NCBI GenBank assembly: GCA_963696385.1 | Contig: CAVOKF010000004.1 | Location: 928,001 to 992,000 of the forward strand | DNA length: 64,000 nt | Source: an uncultured delta proteobacterium | GTDB taxonomy: Bacteria; Myxococcota_A; Polyangia; Polyangiales; Polyangiaceae | Direction of reading: 5' to 3' | Shown: positions 1 through 10,203 of the stretch, one piece after another | Numbering within the stretch: the stretch's first letter is position 1 | How the letters are laid out: each line of letters opens with the position of its first letter | Notes under the pieces: model-generated | Seen by the model: only the letters and a program-made list of their open reading frames with translations | What the model was told of the DNA's origin: nothing | Databases searched by the model: none | Program-made: the position numbers and the translations under genes

Positions 1-127
1 CAACGATCTTCGCGCCGAGGCGCATTGCCGTCTGGCGTCCCGCTCAGCCGCTCCGTCGCGCGGCGATCTCGAGCGATGAGCCCGGGCTCGAAACGTGGGC
101 ACGGGCGCAACGGGCCCCTTCCGGAGC

Positions 128-210
128 GCCAAACTCGTCGTCGCACAAAAAGGGGCTGCCGCTTTGTACTTAGCCAAACTCGTCGTCGCACAAATGGGCC
201 GTCGCTTTGT
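128..210. repeat. Imperfect tandem repeat, ~45 bp period (GCCAAACTCGTCGTCGCACAAA...GCTTTGT x2)
   Basis: The 22-bp core GCCAAACTCGTCGTCGCACAAA occurs at 128-149 and 173-194; each copy is followed by ...GCTTTGT. Confidence 0.75.
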
Positions 211-240
211 GTTTGTCATCGTCGCGGGAGGTTCGATCGC

Positions 241-774
241 ATGGTCTTATGGAAAGGGATGATTCTTGGTTCGTGGGTGCTGCTGGGCTGTTCGGGTTCC
301 CCCCGCGACGAGTTTATCGGCACGTGGAAACCGACCGCCGGCACCACGACACTGACGTGCAACGCCGCAGGGGGAGACTCCGGCGCCCCCGGCCTGCCCC
401 CCATGGATGGCGCGATCACGCGCGCACTGCCGAATGCCAATACGGATACGTGGGTTGCAGGCCCAAACGGAACCGTGGTCTTGACCAACGAATTTGGCTC
501 CCTTACGGCGACGGTCAACGGCGGTACGGCGACCCTGTCGTCGTCGCCGGGCCTATGGCTGGAAGGCTTTCCCGGTACCGGGACGGTCTCTGAGCCATCG
601 AATCTGCCCAGTGGGAGTCTCTCGGGAAATGTCGCATTGACTACCTATACATTTGCGATCGACTCGAACAGTCGTGAGGCAACGGAGACCTATGCAGGAA
701 CGGTCTACATTGCTGAATACGGAACAGCGTGTGCACTGGTCGAGTCGGCATCCTATCAAAAGATCACGGATTGA
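241..774 (+). CDS. Putative lipoprotein, hypothetical
   Basis: ATG at 241, hydrophobic stretch ending in lipobox VLLGC, Thr/Gly-rich beta-like mature part. Confidence 0.65.
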   Translation: MVLWKGMILGSWVLLGCSGSPRDEFIGTWKPTAGTTTLTCNAAGGDSGAPGLPPMDGAITRALPNANTDTWVAGPNGTVVLTNEFGSLTATVNGGTATLSSSPGLWLEGFPGTGTVSEPSNLPSGSLSGNVALTTYTFAIDSNSREATETYAGTVYIAEYGTACALVESASYQKITD

Positions 775-948
775 CCCGGACCGGGAGGCGGACCGTTCGG
801 TGGGCGGCGGCCTCTTCCGCAGTCTGCCGTGCGCGGGAGGGCGGGTAGCGCCCGCGCAATGGTTTCGCCGGTGCGCAGTTTCTGCACGCGCACGGGGCCG
901 ACTCATCGGTGATTTGTGCGGCATCTGGATTACTCTCTCGGCCACGAC

Positions 949-1407
949 ATGGAACACATCTCTTACGCGCTCTTCGACGACGTCGACCACGCCCGCGCAG
1001 CGATTGATGCGGTCGAGGCAAGCGGCACGCCCCGTCAGCATATCGGCGTCACACTTCATAAGGATCGGCTCGACGAGGGACTTCTCGGCATCGGCGAGAC
1101 CGACGCGGGGGAGGCGACGCGCGAAGGGGCAGTGCTTGCCGGTATCGCGGGAGCCGCGATAGGAGCGGTCGCGGTAGGCCCGATAGGGCTCGTCTCCGGC
1201 GGCGTGCTGGGCGCGCTCTATGGCGGCCTGGGTGGCGCTCTCGCGGGGTCGGGCAGTCCCGATCGGAGCCTGGAAAGGCTCTCGAAGCAACTCGCGGCCG
1301 GCAAGGTCCTCGTGATTGTGGAGGCTCCGAGCCTCGCGAGCCGAGACAAGGCCGATGCTGCGATGCGTGCCAGCGGCGGTCGCGTCGAGCACAAGCCGTT
1401 CTTCTGA
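949..1407 (+). CDS. Glycine-zipper general-stress-type membrane protein (YflT/DUF1269-like)
   Basis: YALFDDVDHARAAIDAV, Gly/Ala-rich membrane hairpin, GKVLVIVEA C-terminal strand. Confidence 0.65.
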   Translation: MEHISYALFDDVDHARAAIDAVEASGTPRQHIGVTLHKDRLDEGLLGIGETDAGEATREGAVLAGIAGAAIGAVAVGPIGLVSGGVLGALYGGLGGALAGSGSPDRSLERLSKQLAAGKVLVIVEAPSLASRDKADAAMRASGGRVEHKPFF

Positions 1408-1578
1408 GCGGAGGAGCAAGCATTCCACGGCCCGCATCGGGATGTCGTGCCAAGCGGGCCTCGGTTGAAATCGGCTGCAATGGACCGGACCGAGGGCCGT
1501 ATGGCACTCTGGCCCGAGGAGGCGTCCCGTCGTGCCCGGTGGGATGTTCGTAAAGGCACAGTGAAGGGAGACTCCCAC

Positions 1579-2019
1579 ATGACCGCGCCACGTTCTTGCT
1601 CTTCGCGGGGCGGTGACAACCGGGCAGCGTGCGCAAGGGGGCGGGGTGTGCGATCCACGCGGCCGGTCGCGGTCCGAGCCGTGGCGCTCAGCGTCGCGCT
1701 GGCGGGGTGCGGCGGGTCGAACGTTCTCCTGGTGCTGCCGCCAAGCGCCGACCCAGGCGCCCTCGGTCCCGTGCAGGAGTGCGATGCCGTCGAGCAACCG
1801 TGCAAGACCGCTTCGGTCCAGGACACCTCCATCTACGAGTCAGCGAACACGACGAAGTTGAACCTGCCGAGTTGCCCTTACGGGATCGAGAAGGTCTTCA
1901 TCCGGAACGCAGGATCGTCGAACCCGGCGGCCCTCGTTCAGTGCGCGGGGCAACCTCAGGCGTCCGCGCCCGACGGCGGGATCCCCACCACGACGAGCGG
2001 TGGCGTCTTGTCGCGATAG
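1579..2019 (+). CDS. Cys-containing lipoprotein, hypothetical
   Basis: SD-like AAGGGAG before ATG 1579; lipobox VALAGC. Confidence 0.6.
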   Translation: MTAPRSCSSRGGDNRAACARGRGVRSTRPVAVRAVALSVALAGCGGSNVLLVLPPSADPGALGPVQECDAVEQPCKTASVQDTSIYESANTTKLNLPSCPYGIEKVFIRNAGSSNPAALVQCAGQPQASAPDGGIPTTTSGGVLSR

Positions 2020-2042
2020 CTGCGCAAGCTGGAGAAGCCTCG

Positions 2043-3626
2043 ATGCGACCGTTACCCGTCCTTCCCTCGACGACCGCCGACGCCATCGCCGCGTGGTCCA
2101 ACTTCCACCACACGATCGCCGGACGCGCCATCCCCGCCTACCTGACGCCCGGCGGCGCTGGGGCTCCCGGCGGACCGGCAGGGGGCCCGGCTCTCGCCCA
2201 ATCGCTCAACGCGATCCTCTCGTACTGCCTTGCCGACCCGCCGGAACGCCTCTGCACGATCGGCGCGCGCTGGTCGCTCTCGAACATTCTCGAACCGGGC
2301 GACGTGTTGCTAGACCCCGGCGCCTGGAACCAGATCGCGGCGGTCGCTGCCGAGTGGCTGACGGCGGACTACAGGGCCGAGGCGGCTCCGCGCCGAGGGG
2401 CCCCGATCGTGGTCCAGGGGGGCACGACGATCCGCACGCTCAACGACTTTCTCGGGAAGTACAACCTGGCACTGCAAACTTCGGGCGCCAGCGATGGGCA
2501 CCGCTTCGCCGGGTGCATCGCCACCGGGACGCACGGATCCCATGTCAAGGTCGGCGCCGTCCACGACACGGTCCTCGCCGTATACGTGGTGACGGGCCCC
2601 AACCAGGCGACCCTCCTGCAGCCGAGCCGCCGGAGCTTCACGCCGGACCTCGCGCAGTGGTTCCAGCAGTCCACGACCCTGGCCACGGCTGACGTGGCTG
2701 ACGACGATCTGTTCAACGCGGCGAAGGTCGCGCTCGGCGGACTCGGGTTCGTGCACTCCGTCGTGGTCGAGGCCGTCCCCCTTTACGAGCTCCGCGGGCA
2801 AACGATCGCCCGGCCGCTCGACGATGCCGACGTCTGGTACGCGCTCGAGACCCTCGACACGACCCGCTTCGATCCCACCCCGTCGCCCGACTTTTTCACG
2901 ATCGTTTTCAGCCCGTTCGCCCAGCCCGGCAGCGCCGGCTCCTGGACCACGATCCTCTGGGAGCAGGCCCCGACGCAGCCGTATACGGGAGCGCCCGACG
3001 TCCAGTCCGCCGCGTCGACCGACCTGACGCGCTTACTCTCGGCGCTCATATCCGCTCTCGAGGATCGCCCCGACGCCGGGATCGTCGACGACGTCGTCGC
3101 TCAGGAGACGGCCAATCAGTACAGGGCGGGCCCGGTGGGACCCGAGTTTCCGGGCACCTACTTCGGCCCGACGACACTCCCGGAAGGCGACGGACGCAGC
3201 TCGGAGGTCATCGTGGATCACGCCAACGCGGGGGCCGCAGTGCGAGCCGTCCTCGGCGCGCTGCAGTCGGAGGCGAAGGCGGGCCGCACGCTGCTCGGGG
3301 GCGTCGGTGTACGCTTCGTCCCCGCCACCCAGGCTCTCCTCGGGCCCAATCAGCACCCTATGAACACGTACATCGAGTTTCCCAGCCTGAACAGCTCCGC
3401 CACGAGCACCATCCACCAGGCCGTGTGGAACGCCCTCAGCGCGGCAGGCGTCCCGTTCGTGTGCCACTGGGGCCAGGAGTACGGAATGACTGCGGCGAGC
3501 CTGGCCTCGTACTACGGCGATCGCATCGGGCGCTGGAAGGCTGCGCGTGCCCGCCTCCTGCCCGCCGCGCAGCAGCGGGCGGTCTTCACCAACCCGCTGC
3601 TCACACAGCTCGGGCTCGATGCATGA
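2043..3626 (+). CDS. FAD-binding oxidoreductase (ALO/gulonolactone-oxidase-like)
   Basis: IGARWSLS, AGCIATGTHGS, ALGGLGFVHSVVV and C-terminal CHWGQ motifs. Confidence 0.8.
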   Translation: MRPLPVLPSTTADAIAAWSNFHHTIAGRAIPAYLTPGGAGAPGGPAGGPALAQSLNAILSYCLADPPERLCTIGARWSLSNILEPGDVLLDPGAWNQIAAVAAEWLTADYRAEAAPRRGAPIVVQGGTTIRTLNDFLGKYNLALQTSGASDGHRFAGCIATGTHGSHVKVGAVHDTVLAVYVVTGPNQATLLQPSRRSFTPDLAQWFQQSTTLATADVADDDLFNAAKVALGGLGFVHSVVVEAVPLYELRGQTIARPLDDADVWYALETLDTTRFDPTPSPDFFTIVFSPFAQPGSAGSWTTILWEQAPTQPYTGAPDVQSAASTDLTRLLSALISALEDRPDAGIVDDVVAQETANQYRAGPVGPEFPGTYFGPTTLPEGDGRSSEVIVDHANAGAAVRAVLGALQSEAKAGRTLLGGVGVRFVPATQALLGPNQHPMNTYIEFPSLNSSATSTIHQAVWNALSAAGVPFVCHWGQEYGMTAASLASYYGDRIGRWKAARARLLPAAQQRAVFTNPLLTQLGLDA

Positions 3627-3699
3627 GCGACGGTGCATTCGGTTCGAGGCGCTTCTCGCCCTCCTTCGTCGCGAGCGAGATCGCTGTCTCCAGGTCGCC

Positions 3700-4060
3700 A
3701 TCCACAAGCTGAGCGACGCCGACTTCTTGGAGCGGCTGGCCGACATAGGGGGGATGCCGACCGAGGTGCTCGAAAACCAGGAGTTGCTCGAGCTTCTCAT
3801 CAATCCACTGCGTGCGGACTTCGAGGCGATCGAGACGTGGCGCTATGCTCAGGAGCCGCCGCTTGCCGTGCCCGTGGACGCTTACGGCGGGGTGGAGGAC
3901 GGCACCGTGCCGCGGGATCGCCTTGAGCGCTGGGGCGAGTTGACGAGCTGCCGCGTTTCGCGTCGAGCAGTTCAGTGGGGATCACTTCTATCATTTAACG
4001 AACGCTCCGGCCCTTTTGCGCCGATTGTCGGCGAGCCTTGAGGCGGACGTACACCGATGA
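3700..4060 (+). pseudogene. Type II thioesterase C-terminal fragment, frameshifted
   Basis: LSDADFLERLADIGGMPTEVLEN...LRADFEAIETWRY...DAYGG; the His motif FSGDHFY lies in another frame after ~3949; the N-terminal GHSxG region is absent. Confidence 0.75.
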
Positions 4061-5052
4061 CGAGCTACCAGGGAGACTTCGCGCGCGCGGCTCGCGCGCT
4101 GGCGGCGCCCGGCGCCGACCTCACCTCCGAGCTCGCGGCCATAGAGAAACTGTGTACCCAGTTCGATGTTCGTGAAGCGAGAATGCAGTGGTTCGAAGAA
4201 GTCAGGCTGGCGATCGATGTCCGCGAGCTTTTTGGCCGTCTGTCTGCGCTCCTAACGGGCTCCGGGGCCGCCGCGGTGGACCCGGCCCTCGACGTGCGGT
4301 CCAGGGCCTTGCGCTCCGGCCTCGCGCACCTGCACAGGGGGCTCGCAGAGAAGGCCCTGTCCGTTCATGCCTGCGAGCGGGCGCGCCTTCGGGGCGGCGG
4401 ATTGCGAGGGGCAGAGCTGCTCTCATGGCTCGCGACGTACCCTGCGATGTTGCGGGACTTGGCCTTCGAGGACCTTGTCGGTATCGCCCACCCGCCGATG
4501 GGGACGGCGAATCTACAGTCGGAGCTCATCGACTACGTGCCGGGGGGAATCGCGTCGATTGTTCGCTGTGTGCTCGCCGGGCCGGTAACTGCGGATGACG
4601 AGTTCCTGGACGTGGGTGCGGGCGTGGGCAAGGCGCTCCTGGCGGTGAAGCTCCTCTCGGGTGCGCGCGTGCGAGGTATCGAGATTCAACCGGATCTGTG
4701 TCGGCAAGCGCGCAGCTCCGCAGCCGACCTTGGGCTGGAAAGTTTCTCGGTCGTCGAGGGTGACGCCTGCGATGTGGACCTCGGAGAACCCAGCGTGATT
4801 TTTATATATCTTCCTTTTACGGGGCGCGTGCTCGCCAGGATGGTCGAGCGCCTTCGCGCGTTGGCCGCGCGCAAGGAGATGATGCTAGGCACGCTTGGAT
4901 TCGATCTCCCGTACGACTGGCTGGTGCCGCGAAGGGCGACGGATTTTTGGCTAACCATCTACGACAGCAAAGTGTTGGGAGCAGAGCCGCGCGCGCCGCG
5001 ACAGCCCGTGCCGATCGGGCCGGTGGCCGAGCAGATCGTCAACGAGAGCTAA
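4057..5052 (+). CDS. Class I SAM-dependent methyltransferase (DOT1-like motif arrangement)
   Basis: FLDVGAGVGKALL...RGIEIQ...VEGDA...IFIYLPF. Confidence 0.75.
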   Translation: MTSYQGDFARAARALAAPGADLTSELAAIEKLCTQFDVREARMQWFEEVRLAIDVRELFGRLSALLTGSGAAAVDPALDVRSRALRSGLAHLHRGLAEKALSVHACERARLRGGGLRGAELLSWLATYPAMLRDLAFEDLVGIAHPPMGTANLQSELIDYVPGGIASIVRCVLAGPVTADDEFLDVGAGVGKALLAVKLLSGARVRGIEIQPDLCRQARSSAADLGLESFSVVEGDACDVDLGEPSVIFIYLPFTGRVLARMVERLRALAARKEMMLGTLGFDLPYDWLVPRRATDFWLTIYDSKVLGAEPRAPRQPVPIGPVAEQIVNES

Positions 5053-5178
5053 ACGCTCTGATCGCCCCCTTACAACGAGAGCGGATCGCGGGCCGCATCC
5101 AGCGCCAGAGAGCGTCGCCCGACGATCGCCACCTGGTGCGGACAGTTCTGAAGGGTACGCTGGCATTCTTCGTGGGCC

Positions 5179-5613
5179 ATGAAGCGGCTCGAGAGGTTGG
5201 TGAAAATCGCGCTGGTGCTCGCAACGCGCCGCCGCCTCCGCGCCGCCGACTTGGCCGAGAAGTTTTCCATCAGCGAACGCACGGTCTACCGGGACTCGGT
5301 CTCGGGGCGCAAACCTGCCGGGCCTCTAGGCAAGGTTTTGGCCGCGGTCGATGCCTGGAGCGTGCTCAGGATCCGCTACGAGCCCGTCGTCCCGGGGTCG
5401 CAGAGCGAACGCGACGTCGAGCCGCTGGGACTGGTTCGTGTCGAGAACGCGTGGCTATTGGTCGCCTACTGTCGCCTTCGGAGCGACGTGAGGGTCTTCC
5501 GAATCGACCGGATTCGCGACGCGCAGGCGACCGGCGAGCGTTTCGCTCCACGCCCCGACGTGTCGTTCTCCGAGGTGATCGATCGCGAGCGAAAGAAGTT
5601 CTCCGGCTCCTGA
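5179..5613 (+). CDS. Compact HTH-WYL (YafY-like) regulator, internally shortened
   Basis: wHTH AADLAEKFSISERTVYRD followed after a short linker by WYL RDVEPLGLV...WLLVAYCRLRSDVRVFRIDRI; no WCX domain. Confidence 0.75.
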   Translation: MKRLERLVKIALVLATRRRLRAADLAEKFSISERTVYRDSVSGRKPAGPLGKVLAAVDAWSVLRIRYEPVVPGSQSERDVEPLGLVRVENAWLLVAYCRLRSDVRVFRIDRIRDAQATGERFAPRPDVSFSEVIDRERKKFSGS

Positions 5614-5628
5614 CACACCCCTGTCAGG
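5609..5628. promoter_or_regulatory. Palindrome CCTGACA-N6-TGTCAGG, candidate WYL operator
   Basis: Perfect 7-bp inverted repeat overlapping the WYL stop codon. Confidence 0.5.
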
Positions 5629-5679
5629 GCCGGTTGGTAGGTTGGCAACCGTGACGGTCCCGCAGGCCGAGATGACCAG

Positions 5680-6000
5680 GGCGGCGCTGGGTGCGCTCTT
5701 GGGCGACATCCTCGGCCATGCTTGGTCGTTCCTCTGGCCCGGCCGCAGCCCGGGTTGTTCGGCGTGGTTGGCGCTGCGGCGGTACTGGCCGCCACGACGC
5801 GGGGACCCATCTCGGCTGTCGTGCTCATGATGGAACTGACGGGCCGCGATCGATCCTTCATCGTGCCGCTGCTTCTCGCGGTGGCGACCGCGACGCTTGT
5901 CTCACGGACGATCGAGCCGCGCTCGATTCTACGACGCACACCTGACCGACGAACAGGTGAAGGCACGACGAAGCGCCCCGGCGTTGTTCGCCGGAAATGC
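5680..6000 (+). pseudogene. ClC chloride channel C-terminal fragment
   Basis: GALLGDILGHAWSFLWPG / GAAAVLAATTRGPISAVVLMMELTG...RSI(Y)DAHL split over several frames. Confidence 0.75.
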
Positions 6001-6103
6001 CCCCGGGCTGACGTCGTGAAGCGCATTCTCTCGATCGGGTCGGCCCGGGAGGAGAAAGCACGTCAACCCGCCTCAAAAGGCAATGCCGGCACCCGCGCCC
6101 CCG

Positions 6104-8566
6104 TTACGACGTGGGGCCCTCAGCGCGCGTGCGGGGGCTGTCGAGTCCCGAGGCATGACGACCGACGGTGACGGAATAATTCTTACCTTCCCAGCTCTGG
6201 GTCTCCTTCCAGAAGAACGTGAATTGGATCACAGAACCGTCCGAACAGTCCTCCGCTGGAAGATCGGCGACCCACATATGGAGAGCGGCTACCGCAATGG
6301 CATCCGCATGGTGCGTGTTCGCCCAGTCGTCGGCGGACCATATGATCGTGGCGTCATGAGCAAGGAGGAGACGCAAAATGCGACCGAACGGCATGCGGGA
6401 GATCGGATGGCAGGCACTCCACATGGCGTGCACCGCCTTCTTCGTCCGGTTGACGACGTACCGCTGGAACGCCGGTTCGACGCGGTCAAAGCACACGCCA
6501 TCGCGCGCACTTCGCACGAGCGACACGTATTCCGCGTGCGCCCAGCACAAAGGCATGGCTGAACCCGTTGGGCGACCGCGCAACATGTGCGCACTCGGCA
6601 AGTCGGCCGTGTCCCAGACCTGCTCCGGTAGCATTCCACCCCGGTTGGCGAATTTCTCGAGCGCATCGATGTATGGCAGGGGGTCGCGTCCGGCCGCCAG
6701 TTCGTAGTGACCGCGTTCGCCCGTCAGCAGCGGCCACGAGCGGCCGACCCCAAAGCCCTCGTACGCTCCTCCGTCGTCCATTTGCCCATAGCCATCGTGG
6801 TTGTAACGGCGCCAGCAGGGCCCTTGCGGCAGATCGCGTTTGAGCACATGATCGACAACCGCTACGGAGTCAACGATCCGTGCATCGTCGGCCGCACGAA
6901 CCCCGAGCCGGACCAGTTGGAGAAAATCGCCACCGACGACATTTCGCGCCGGATGGACGCCACCGCCGTTGGCCACTTGGAGCACGGCCGCGTTCGGATC
7001 GGCCGTGCCCTCGGCTTGCTGCGGCGTGGCGGGCGTGATGCGCACGTAGTGCCGGGGTTTGCCCGGCACTAGTTCACCGCGATCGGTAACTGTCCAGGCC
7101 TCGAGCTCGGCGGACAGCCAGTCCGCATAAGCGACCAAGGCATCCGCTGCGCGGTCTTCCCGCTTGTCGTGCGCAAATTCGGCCGCGCACACCAGGCTCG
7201 CGATGATCGTCGCAAGGGTCGAAGGCGAGTACCCCGCGTTTTCCTCCCATCGTTCCTGCGCCGTGACGGGCCCGTGAAGCATCAAGTACTCCGCCGCGCG
7301 TGAGACCAACGTCCACGGATCGAACTGTCGGAGTGCACCGGCCCGCCGCAAGCGCCAGGCGAGCAAAATCGGCGCGGCCACTTCATCCAGTTGAATGCCC
7401 TTCCAATAGGGCTTGCCCGTAATCGAGCTGTTCTGCGGCATTCGGCCATCGACCTCTTGGACGCACGACAGCCAGATGAGCGCGCGCAACGGAGACTCGG
7501 TTCGCCCACAGGCCAGCAGCGCCGTGGCGGTTTGAACCATGTCGCGCGTCCAAACCAAATGGTATCCGCCCCGATCGCTGTCGTCCTTCGTCTCGCCCCA
7601 TGGAATGCTCAACGAAGCCACAAACGCGCCGGGAAAGATCTTATCCTCGTGGGCCAGCAAAATGCACTGGCTCAGGCGCATCATCCTCGCCCTGTCCCCG
7701 GTCTGTGCGGTCCCTTCAGCCTCCGATCGGGTGCGCTGCCATTGGCTCACGTACTTCTCGCGCTGCTCCGCGAACGGTGTGGCAAGCGCCTGCAGCAACT
7801 GGGTCGTTGCGCTCTCGGCGTTGCGTCCGAACGCAACCGCGACGACGAAATCGAGACCGCGTGACAAGTCGATCTCGCCCGTCAGTGCGATGTTTCCGTC
7901 CTCCGCACGTTCGAATTCCCAATCCATCTTGTAATGGCCCATGACGTCCTGCCAGCCGTCGCTGTGTCCCACGTAGCCGACCGAGCGGCGGCTGAAGTCG
8001 GGTGCGCAGCCGAAGGCCATGTGGACGTCCCGGCGTGACGCGTGAAAGAGTTTTCGGCCTTGCGTGTTTCGCCAACCTGCCGAATTGTGTTGGCCCGTGC
8101 CCTTGAGATGGGGAGCGAGCAGCGCATAAAGATGCAGCTTGCCACGAAGCGTCGGGTCCAGAATCTCGAGGCGCGTGTGCATCAACAGAACCGGCGAGTG
8201 GGGCTCACCGATGATCTCCTTCACGATGCGATAGCGGCCCTTGCGGTCCGAGTTCGTGAGCCGGTAAAGAAGCGTACTGTGTTCCGGCAGCTCGCTCCTG
8301 TGGTCCAGATCGCGCCGCTCCTCGTGGCAAAAGGTCTCGCCGTCCGTGATCAGAAACTGCAGATCGCGGGTGTTGGGCGTATCCACGTGCGGATAATACA
8401 TTTCGTTGACGATCCCATGGCTCAACGTGAACCAGAGGCACGAACTCGTATGGTAGGCGGTGCCGATACCGTCCTTCGCGCTGGACGTCCATCGTGGATC
8501 GATGCCCGGAGCGCCGAAGGCGATGCGAGAGCCGGGTTCGCCTTTTCCTTCAGGCGACTTTGGCAT
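6104..8566 (-). CDS. GH15 glucoamylase/glucodextranase-type glucan 1,4-alpha-glucosidase
   Basis: WTSSAKDGIGTA N-domain, GGYHLVWTRD, QERWEE, LPEQVWD, GSAMPLCWAHAEY. Confidence 0.9.
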   Translation of the reverse strand: MPKSPEGKGEPGSRIAFGAPGIDPRWTSSAKDGIGTAYHTSSCLWFTLSHGIVNEMYYPHVDTPNTRDLQFLITDGETFCHEERRDLDHRSELPEHSTLLYRLTNSDRKGRYRIVKEIIGEPHSPVLLMHTRLEILDPTLRGKLHLYALLAPHLKGTGQHNSAGWRNTQGRKLFHASRRDVHMAFGCAPDFSRRSVGYVGHSDGWQDVMGHYKMDWEFERAEDGNIALTGEIDLSRGLDFVVAVAFGRNAESATTQLLQALATPFAEQREKYVSQWQRTRSEAEGTAQTGDRARMMRLSQCILLAHEDKIFPGAFVASLSIPWGETKDDSDRGGYHLVWTRDMVQTATALLACGRTESPLRALIWLSCVQEVDGRMPQNSSITGKPYWKGIQLDEVAAPILLAWRLRRAGALRQFDPWTLVSRAAEYLMLHGPVTAQERWEENAGYSPSTLATIIASLVCAAEFAHDKREDRAADALVAYADWLSAELEAWTVTDRGELVPGKPRHYVRITPATPQQAEGTADPNAAVLQVANGGGVHPARNVVGGDFLQLVRLGVRAADDARIVDSVAVVDHVLKRDLPQGPCWRRYNHDGYGQMDDGGAYEGFGVGRSWPLLTGERGHYELAAGRDPLPYIDALEKFANRGGMLPEQVWDTADLPSAHMLRGRPTGSAMPLCWAHAEYVSLVRSARDGVCFDRVEPAFQRYVVNRTKKAVHAMWSACHPISRMPFGRILRLLLAHDATIIWSADDWANTHHADAIAVAALHMWVADLPAEDCSDGSVIQFTFFWKETQSWEGKNYSVTVGRHASGLDSPRTRAEGPTS

Positions 8567-8590
8567 GATCGCCCCTTTCTCGTGGTGACG

Positions 8591-9994
8591 TCACGACGCC
8601 CCCTTCGGCGGTGTGGGTTGGGGCTTGTGCCAGCCGCCGGAGCGATCGATCAGACGATCGGCTTCGACCGGTCCCCAGGTTCCGACGTCGTACTCGTGCG
8701 GCGGAGTCGTGCTGTTCAAGATCGGCGCGACAATGCGCCACTCCGCCTCGACGGCGTCCTCGCGCGCGAAGAGGGTCGCATCGCCCTTCATGGCATCGCC
8801 TAGCAGGCGTTCGTACGCGCCCATTTCGTCTTTGATAGCGTGCGTGGCCAAAAGCTCGACTTCCTGGCCGACCATGGGTTCGCCTGCCGCCTTCGAACGC
8901 ACACCAAGGGCGATCGCGGCATCGGGCCCGAGCCGGAAGCGCACGTAGTTCGAACCGTTCGCACGCTCGAGGTTCTCGCCGAAGGGCGAGCACGGTGGCG
9001 CCTTGAGCTCGACCAGCACTTCGGTGCAGGTGACCGGAAGGCACTTGCCCGCGCGGATGTAGAAGGGCACTCCTGCCCAGCGCCAGTTGTTGATCTGAAG
9101 CCGCAACGCAGCGAAGGTCTCGACCCGCGACTCAGCCGCAACTCCGGACTCGCTCCGGTAGCCGCGGAACTGTCCGCGGACGACGCTCATCGGATCGAGC
9201 GGTGTGATGGCCTGGAGCACGCGCGTCTTTTCGTCGCGCAGCGCCTCGGAATAGCCACTCGACGGTGCATCCATGGCCAGACACGCCGTCACTTGCAGCA
9301 AGTGGTTCTCGATGACGTCCCGGACCGCACCGACTTGTTCGTAGAAGCTTCCCCGTCCCTCGACCCCAAAGGTCTCGGCCATGGTGATCTGAACGCTATC
9401 GACGTAGTTGCGGTTCCAGACCGGCTCGAAGAGCGCGTTGCTGAAGCGGAAGTAGAGCAGGTTCTGCACCGGTTCCTTGCCCAGGTAGTGGTCGATGCGG
9501 AAAATGGCCGACTCGGCGAATACGGCTAAAAGAGAAGCGTTGAGCGCCTGCGCCGACGCGAGATCGCGGCCGAATGGCTTCTCGGCCATCACTCGTCCCG
9601 TCCTGGCGCACCCGGAGCGACCGAGCTGCGCGACGACAATGGCGAACAAGCTCGTGGGAATGGCAAGATAGTGCAGCGGCCTATCGGACGAGCCTAGCTC
9701 GCGGCGCAAGCGGTCGAACGTGGCCGGATCTTTGTAGTCGCCGTCCACGTAGCGGAGCAGGGACAAGAGCTTGTCGAAGGCCGCTCCATCGACGCCGCCC
9801 CCGTGCGTCTGCAGGCTGCTCCGTGCGCGCTCTATCAGCTGATCGAGATTCCAGCCGGCTTTGGCCACGCCGATGACCGGGACGTTGAGATGGCCGCGCT
9901 TGACCATTGCCTGCAGCGCCGGGAAGATCATCTTGTAGGCGAGGTCGCCGGTCGCGCCGAAGAAGACCAGCGCATCGGAGTGGATGGGATCCAT
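8591..9994 (-). CDS. zwf: Glucose-6-phosphate 1-dehydrogenase
   Basis: [37 protein letters not shown]. Confidence 0.95.
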   Translation of the reverse strand: MDPIHSDALVFFGATGDLAYKMIFPALQAMVKRGHLNVPVIGVAKAGWNLDQLIERARSSLQTHGGGVDGAAFDKLLSLLRYVDGDYKDPATFDRLRRELGSSDRPLHYLAIPTSLFAIVVAQLGRSGCARTGRVMAEKPFGRDLASAQALNASLLAVFAESAIFRIDHYLGKEPVQNLLYFRFSNALFEPVWNRNYVDSVQITMAETFGVEGRGSFYEQVGAVRDVIENHLLQVTACLAMDAPSSGYSEALRDEKTRVLQAITPLDPMSVVRGQFRGYRSESGVAAESRVETFAALRLQINNWRWAGVPFYIRAGKCLPVTCTEVLVELKAPPCSPFGENLERANGSNYVRFRLGPDAAIALGVRSKAAGEPMVGQEVELLATHAIKDEMGAYERLLGDAMKGDATLFAREDAVEAEWRIVAPILNSTTPPHEYDVGTWGPVEADRLIDRSGGWHKPQPTPPKGAS

Positions 9995-10068
9995 CACTGT
10001 TTTTCCTCGTGTCCACCGAACTGGAATCGCATCGCAGAGAGCCACCTGTTGGCAAAGTCCTCGGCACC
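9994..10068 (-). pseudogene. gnd: Last ~24 codons of 6-phosphogluconate dehydrogenase
   Basis: [24 protein letters not shown] resembles the short-type Gnd C-terminus; its stop overlaps the zwf ATG. Confidence 0.75.
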
Positions 10069-10203
10069 GCACACCGTAGGGGTGACGGGCACCGCAACGA
10101 TCTCGCCCAGCTGCTCGATCACGTCTTCGCGAGTCAGAAGCAGAATCGGTCGGCGCTTGTCCGGAGGACGAAACGCATACCAGCGGATCTCACCGCGCTT
10201 CAT
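10069..10203 (-). pseudogene. PemK/MazF toxin N-terminal half, fused in frame to the gnd tail
   Basis: [25 protein letters not shown]...IVAVPVT. Confidence 0.8.

Noticed and set aside
553..1797. Long antisense or alternate-frame ORFs (this one, also 17209-18663, 18606-20402, 21881-23536, 52685-54334)
   Set aside because: Arg/Pro/Ala-rich shadow ORFs overlapping recognisable genes, as expected in high-GC DNA.
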